Below are positions 19,221 through 24,000 of a stretch of 24,000 nucleotides of DNA, one piece after another. The notes beneath the pieces were generated by a model. The model was not told where the DNA came from. It was given only the letters and a program-made list of their open reading frames with translations, and searched no databases. Each line of letters begins with the position of its first letter. Within the stretch, counting starts at the first letter, position 1. Location of the stretch: positions 28,366 to 52,365 of the forward strand of contig NZ_JHXU01000004.1 in assembly GCF_000687815.1 (NCBI RefSeq), in the 5' to 3' direction. Position numbers and translations under genes: made by a program. This DNA comes from Mycoplasma elephantis ATCC 51980 (GTDB lineage: Bacteria > Bacillota_I > Bacilli_A > Mycoplasmatales > Metamycoplasmataceae).

Positions 19221-20101
19221 TGAATATGATAAATAATAATATTACAGATTTAGATACAGAAAAAAGAAATAGAAATACAAAAAATTTATCTTCAAGTTCA
19301 ACATTAGAAATAATTGAAATGATAAATAATGAAGATAAAAAAGTTGCATATGAAGTAATTAAAAATAAAGAAAGTATAGCCAAAGTTATTGATATAGCAT
19401 ATGAATGCCTAAAAAATAAAAAAGGCAGAATTATTTATATAGGCGCGGGAACTAGTGGAAGAATAGGAGTACTAGATGCTACCGAAATTTGACCTACGTT
19501 TGGTGTAAAAAATAAAATTATAGGCCTTATAGCTGGTGGTAGAAAAGCTCTTTTTGAAGCAGTTGAAAAAGCTGAAGATAATATACAATTTGCAATTGAT
19601 GATTTAAATAGTGTAAATATTTCATCAAATGATGTAGTTATCGGAATTACTGCTTCAGGTAGAACACCTTATGTAATAGGTGGCCTAAAATATGCAAAAT
19701 CGATTGAGGCAAAAACAGTTCTTATATGTAATTCTATGCCTAGAGAAAAAAACAACTTTATAGATCAAATTATTTGTGTTTCAACAGGGGCTGAAGTAAT
19801 AGCGGGTTCTACAAGAATGAAAGCAGGGACTAGTCAAAAAATGGTATGCAATATGATTTCAAGTGCGGTGATGACAAAATTAGGTTATGTCGAAAGTAAT
19901 TATATGATTAATCTAATACCAACAAATTATAAACTTGAAGAACGTTGCAAAAACATGATTAAGGATTTAACTAATGCTTCTTATGACCAAATTGAAAATT
20001 GCTTCAATCTTACAAGGAATGTTAAATTAACACTTTTGATGTTACAAAAAAATATTTCAAAAGAAGAAGCGGAAAAAATTTATAAGGAGTTATATGGATA
20101 A
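19220..20101 (+). CDS. murQ: N-acetylmuramic acid 6-phosphate etherase MurQ
   Basis: 293 aa, with a TGA at 19490 read as Trp. It aligns by eye with E. coli MurQ over its whole length: STLE...IN.EDK.V, GR.IY.GAGTSGR.G.LDA.E, PT.GVK, GLIAGG, VE.AED, DVV.GI.ASGRTPYVI.GL.YA, GAEV..GS.RMKAGT.QK.V.NM.S. The start ATG overlaps the upstream stop (TAATG). Confidence 0.88.
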
Positions 20102-20405
20102 AACAAAAATTGAACAGTCGGCTTTTGAAATAATCTCATATTCAGGAGCAGCAAAGGCATTATTTTCTGAAGCAATAGATTATTTAATCAAAAATGATGT
20201 TGTAAAAGCTACTGAAAAAATTAAAGAGGGTAAAGAAGAATTAACAAAAGTTCATAAAGCACATTTTGAATTAATTTCATGCGAAGCTAAAGGAACCGAA
20301 CTTGATTTTAGTCTTTTATTAACCCATGCAGAAGATCAATTCATGTCAGCGGAAAACGCAATGTTTTTAGCTGAAAAAATGCTTTTATTTAAAAAAGCAA
20401 ATTAG
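20094..20405 (+). CDS. PTS EIIA component, lactose/cellobiose (Chb) family
   Basis: 103 aa in the three-helix-bundle EIIA pattern: IISYSGAAKAL, HKAHFELI, and the phosphorylation His in LLLTHAEDQFMS (compare ChbA LVHAQDHLMT). It overlaps the murQ 3' end by 8 nt (ATGGATAA). Confidence 0.85.
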   Translation: MDKTKIEQSAFEIISYSGAAKALFSEAIDYLIKNDVVKATEKIKEGKEELTKVHKAHFELISCEAKGTELDFSLLLTHAEDQFMSAENAMFLAEKMLLFKKAN

Positions 20406-21157
20406 TTATATGATGATGTTTGTAAATACTGAAAATTATCTTCATCATTAATTAAATACTCAAAAATTTTAATGTAAAATGTTACAACTTTAAGTAATGA
20501 ATCGGTCGAATAAAGTCTAAGACCACCCTTAAAATCTTTAACATTTTCAACATGATTAAAAACATTAATTTTATCTTTAATCACTTTATCATTTGGAATA
20601 AAACTACTTGATAACATAATTTTTGCCTTAGTAATTTTTATAAGATCAAGTATTCATGTGTGTTGAAGTGATAATGAGTTAATTATGACTAAATCATTAT
20701 TTGTTAGAAGCTTACTTAAACCAATTTGATCGTATTTACTTTCAGGAGTAAAAACACACTTATTTAATCTTTGTAGTTTACGGGCAAAATCTAAATTATT
20801 TATATATGAGCCTGAAACACCCACAAATAATATTTTGTGAGAATTTGAAATTAAATTAGCCGCATCTTTGATAACTTGATTATAAATATTGCCTTCATAT
20901 TCTTTAGATATTGATTGGTTATGAACAAAACAAAGTTCATTAAAGTTATTAAAATCACATTTTTTAACAAATTTAGAAATAGCGGCAGATGATACATTTA
21001 ATAACTGTGCCAAGTCTTTTGATTTATAAATCTTAGTTGAATTTTTTACTAATTTTAATATCTCATTAGCTATATGTGCATTTGTTATCGATGAATTTCT
21101 ACGAATTGCATTTAATTTCATTAAATATGTGTATTTACTATTATCAACATTTTTCAC
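20402..21157 (-). CDS. RpiR/MurR-family transcriptional regulator (HTH + SIS domains)
   Basis: Pieces 20654..21157 and 20402..20617 share one frame and are joined through TGA (forward tca 20654-20656). The N-terminal HTH is ITNAHIANEIL...KDLAQLLNVSSAAISKFVKKCDFNNFNEL, which resembles MurR. A SIS block KILFVGVSGSY follows. The longest ORF starts with GTG at 21157. The ATG at 21121 (MKLNAIRRN...) is an equally plausible start. Confidence 0.8.
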
Positions 21158-21193
21158 TTAAATATTATATTAAATAAAACGAAAGGAGTAAAT
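21158..21193. promoter_or_regulatory. very short divergent control region between the regulator gene and the PTS operon
   Basis: Only 36 nt separate the regulator GTG from the GTG of the first PTS-operon gene (72 nt if the regulator starts at 21121). The region contains tattatatt (-10-like) and the RBS aaaggag. No operator could be defined by eye. Confidence 0.3.
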
Positions 21194-21787
21194 GTGTTAA
21201 CCAAAAAATTTACAAAAGTGTTTTGATTATCTATGCTAGCAACAATTTTTATGATTGTTTCAATTTTATTGTTTGTTCCTAGTGTAATTTATGTTGGAAA
21301 ATCAAAGCAAATTCAACATTTTAACTTTGATAATATTAATTTTATTATCTTAGTTGCTATTCAAAATATATTTATTTTATTACTTTTAAAATATTTAATT
21401 ACAAATGCGATTAAAGATTTAAAAGATAAAACTTGAGCAAGTAACAAAGATACAAAACTCAAAACTATCATGTTTTATTTTGTATCATCTATTATTTTAT
21501 TATTAGTTATTGCATCAAGTGTATTTATTTCATTTGGAGTTGTGGTTTTTGAAGGGGATCTAAAACCATTAGGAACCATAACTACTGTTGATGGTAAAGA
21601 GGTTCATACAATCTTTTCAGATGAAGTAGTTAGAAACGCTATGACTGTAAATGATAAAATTAAATATATTTTATTTAGTTTTATATTTGCATACTTTTTA
21701 GTTATCTTTATATTACTTATAACAAAAATAAGTTTAGTAATAAAAAATACTGTAACAAACAAAAAACAAATAAAGGAAGCAATCTAA
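21194..21787 (+). CDS. uncharacterised 4-TM membrane protein, first gene of the PTS operon
   Basis: A GTG start lies 5 nt after the GGAG RBS. The ATG at 21192 hits a stop after two codons. Pieces 21233..21436 and 21470..21787 are in the same frame and are joined through the TGA at 21434. The 197-aa product has four hydrophobic segments. Its stop overlaps the EIIB start (TAATG). Confidence 0.65.
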
Positions 21788-22107
21788 TGAATGTTCTTTT
21801 AATTTGTTCTGGTGGAATGTCAACGCATATATTGATTAGTTCACTAGAAAAAGAAGCAAAGCAATTAGGAATACCTTTTAAAGCCAATGCTATTGGTGTT
21901 ACAGAAATTGAGGAATATCCAAATAATGATTACCAAATTATTTTGGTTGCCCCTCAAATTAGATTCAAGTTTATTGAGTTTGAAAAATTTGCAAAACAAA
22001 AAAACAAATTAATATATCAAATTCAACCAATGGAATACAATCCAGTAGGAGCATCAAAACTCCTTAAAAATGTAAAAAAAATTATGGAGGAAAACAATGT
22101 CATCTAA
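21787..22107 (+). CDS. PTS EIIB component, lactose/cellobiose (Chb) family
   Basis: 106 aa. The active-site Cys motif is MNVLLICSGGMSTHIL (compare ChbB LFCSAGMSTSLL). It also has ILVAPQIRF (compare LLGPQIAY). Confidence 0.88.
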   Translation: MNVLLICSGGMSTHILISSLEKEAKQLGIPFKANAIGVTEIEEYPNNDYQIILVAPQIRFKFIEFEKFAKQKNKLIYQIQPMEYNPVGASKLLKNVKKIMEENNVI

Positions 22108-23581
22108 CCAAAAGGTTAAAAAAACTAGTGTTGGTATGAATATTCTTAAATGAATTGAACGTACCTTTATGCCAATAATTAGTAAGATTAGTGATAACCG
22201 CTACATAAATGCTATTCGTAATGGTATGGTAGCCGTAATCCCTATATTGCTAATTGGTTCAATGTTTCTTATTTTATTTTTCTTCCCTATTGGAAAAAGT
22301 GAAACATTAGGAATTAATGTTTTACTACCAATTGATGGCGGTCGTTGAGCAAGATTCTTTATGTTACCATACCGTCTTACATTTCCAATGATGGGATTCT
22401 TTGTAGTTATAGGAATAGCTAGGTCTTTAGCTCGTAATTACAAACTAGATGATCAACAAGGCGTATTCATTGCTCTTATTGCTTATCTAATTTCAATAGT
22501 TGGTCCAACATATAGTTCAATTGGTAATCCTGCATTTACATCAGGTTCATTCGGGTCAGCAACTATTTTTGGCGGAATTATTGTTTCTATTATTTCAATT
22601 GAAATATTTAGATTATGTATTAAATATAGAATAATGATTCGTTTACCTAAATCTGTTCCAGAAGTTGTTGCAAAACCATTTAATGCAATTATTCCAATGC
22701 TTTTTGTAATGGTTCCTGCAGTTCTTTTATTTAATGTATTAAAATTCGATATTCACAAATTTGCATCATTATTATTACAACCAATCCAAGGATTAGTTGC
22801 TGGAAATAACTTTTTTGGCTTTATAGTTGTAATATTATTTGTTATGTTATTATGAATTGCTGGTATTCATGGAATGGCAATAGTTGGTGCTGTTGCTCGT
22901 CCATTTTGACTTATCGCTATTGATGATAACTTATCATTAACTGAAACACTTGGTAGAAAATCAATAACAGCTGCTGATGGAGCTAATATTTTGGTGGAAC
23001 CATTCTTTCAATGATTTGTTTGAATCGGTGGAGCTGGAGCTACATTAGGTCTTTTAATTGTTATGTTATTTATTGCTAAATCAAAATACATAAGAGCTAT
23101 TACATATCCTTCTATTGTTCCAGGTATATTCAACATAAATGAACCAGTTATATTTGGTTACCCACTTGTTTTAAATCCTATTTTAGCAATTCCTGCCATT
23201 TTAGCCCCTCTTACAATGGGTACATTATCATTTATTGCAATGAAACTTAATTTAGTAAATGTACCTATTATAGTTGTTGGGTGAACATTACCTTCACCAG
23301 TTGGTGCGGTGCTTGCAACGAATTTAGATTGAAGAGCATTAGTTCTTTGTTTATTAATGATCGCTGTATCATGCGTAATATGATGGCCATTTGCTAAAAT
23401 GTATGATAATGTATTATTAAAACAAGAAATCGAAGAAGAAGTTCAATTACGTAAAGAAAACGCAGAAAAAGAAAATATCATCTTTAATGAAGAAGAAACA
23501 AGAGCACAAGTTTCAAAAGAATTCCATTCAAGAAGTATTTTTAAACGTAATAAAAAACAAGTAAAAAACATAGAAGCTTAA
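22097..23581 (+). CDS. PTS EIIC permease, lactose/cellobiose (Chb) family
   Basis: The ATG at 22097 follows the ggagg RBS and overlaps the EIIB gene by 11 nt. A single frame runs through nine TGA codons and joins pieces 22361.., 23063.. and 23399.. (494 aa). Features are multiple TM segments, the LWIAGIHG motif typical of this EIIC family, and a charged C-terminal tail. Confidence 0.88.
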
Positions 23582-23598
23582 AAAAACAGAAAGGGAAC

Positions 23599-23931
23599 AT
23601 GCCAGAATGATTAGTATATAGTTTATTAGTATTAACCTTGATAATTGGATATTTGTTAGCAACACTTATTGATCGATACACAAAGTTTTTTAAAAGAATA
23701 AGTTCGTGAATTATTGTTCCATTACCTTTTATAGTTTTGTTTTTGATAGGTATACCCCTATTATTATTTAAGGTTGATTTTGATATTATATTTTACTGTT
23801 GTTCTTTCCCCTTTTTGTTTTTTTGTGGCGTATCTATAGCTGTATATATCGAAAGATATATTATTTGAAGAGAACGCAAGCTTGAAAAAGCAAAAATAGC
23901 ACAAGGTGTGCAAAATAAAGATAAAAAATAA
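23599..23931 (+). CDS. uncharacterised small 3-TM membrane protein
   Basis: An ATG follows the aaaggga RBS. The frame is continuous with TGAs at 23608, 23707 and 23866 read as Trp. The 110-aa product is MPEWLVYSLLVLTLIIGYLLATLIDRY...IIVPLPFIVLFLIGIPLLLF...FYCCSFPFLFFCGVSIAVYI, followed by a basic tail. The standard-code ORF track misses it. Confidence 0.55.
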
Positions 23932-23945
23932 CGAAAGGAATTTAA

Positions 23946-24000
23946 ATGCTAGGTATTTCAATTTATCCTGATAAACAGGATAAACAAGAAATTATAAAAT
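23946..24000 (+). CDS. 5' end of a DUF871/MupG-like (6-phospho-N-acetylmuramidase family) gene, cut by the window edge
   Basis: The RBS gaaagga precedes an ATG at 23946. Only 18 codons are visible: MLGISIYPDKQDKQEIIK. The N-terminal (M)LGIS(I/V)Y(P/L) pattern is what I recall for DUF871 proteins. The call is tentative because of the short length. Confidence 0.35.
   Translation, partial: MLGISIYPDKQDKQEIIK

Noticed and set aside
17711-19383. Minus-strand ORFs 17711..17896 and 19168..19383.
   Set aside because: They lie antisense to the lipoprotein gene and the lipoprotein-murQ junction. No independent support exists.
21160-21176. Palindrome-like aatattatatt in the regulator-PTS divergent region, considered as a possible operator.
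   Set aside because: The arms are only 5 bp and consist of pure A/T, which is indistinguishable from background in this genome.
23764-23961. 65-aa minus-strand ORF.
   Set aside because: The opposite strand carries a table-4 ORF (23599..23931) with an RBS, co-directional with the operon. The minus ORF is its shadow.

Overview
This is a chromosomal window from a wall-less mollicute (Mycoplasma-type, visibly AT-rich, GC not computed) that reads TGA as Trp. Nearly every break in the standard-code ORF track falls on an in-frame TGA. In NrdF several of these TGAs align by eye with Trp residues of E. coli NrdF. Re-joining the pieces under translation table 4 gives a compact gene map. In order it holds: the 3' end of an unknown protein; a 1767-aa membrane-anchored surface protein with 13 divergent ~100-aa modules; tRNA-His; rplJ-rplL; nrdF-nrdI-nrdE; an orphan EIIA-Glc (crr-like); rsmH-mraZ; an EEP-family (MnuA-like) nuclease lipoprotein; obg; and an 8-tRNA cluster (Pro-Ala-Met-Ile2-Ser-fMet-Asp-Phe). 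The last 6.2 kb is the most interesting part. It looks like a peptidoglycan-sugar (MurNAc) scavenging locus in an organism that makes no cell wall. It holds a lipoprotein with an AmiA/DUF1460-like amidase domain, murQ, a Lac/Cel (Chb)-type PTS EIIA, EIIB and EIIC, an RpiR/MurR-like regulator, two uncharacterised small multi-TM proteins, and the start of a DUF871/MupG-like gene. Second, NrdF carries Val/Pro/Lys in place of three metal-ligand glutamates, which is the signature of the metal-free class Ie (DOPA radical) ribonucleotide reductase. I saw no CRISPR array, transposase, integrase or rRNA. All family calls rest on motif recognition and by-eye alignment, because no database search was possible.
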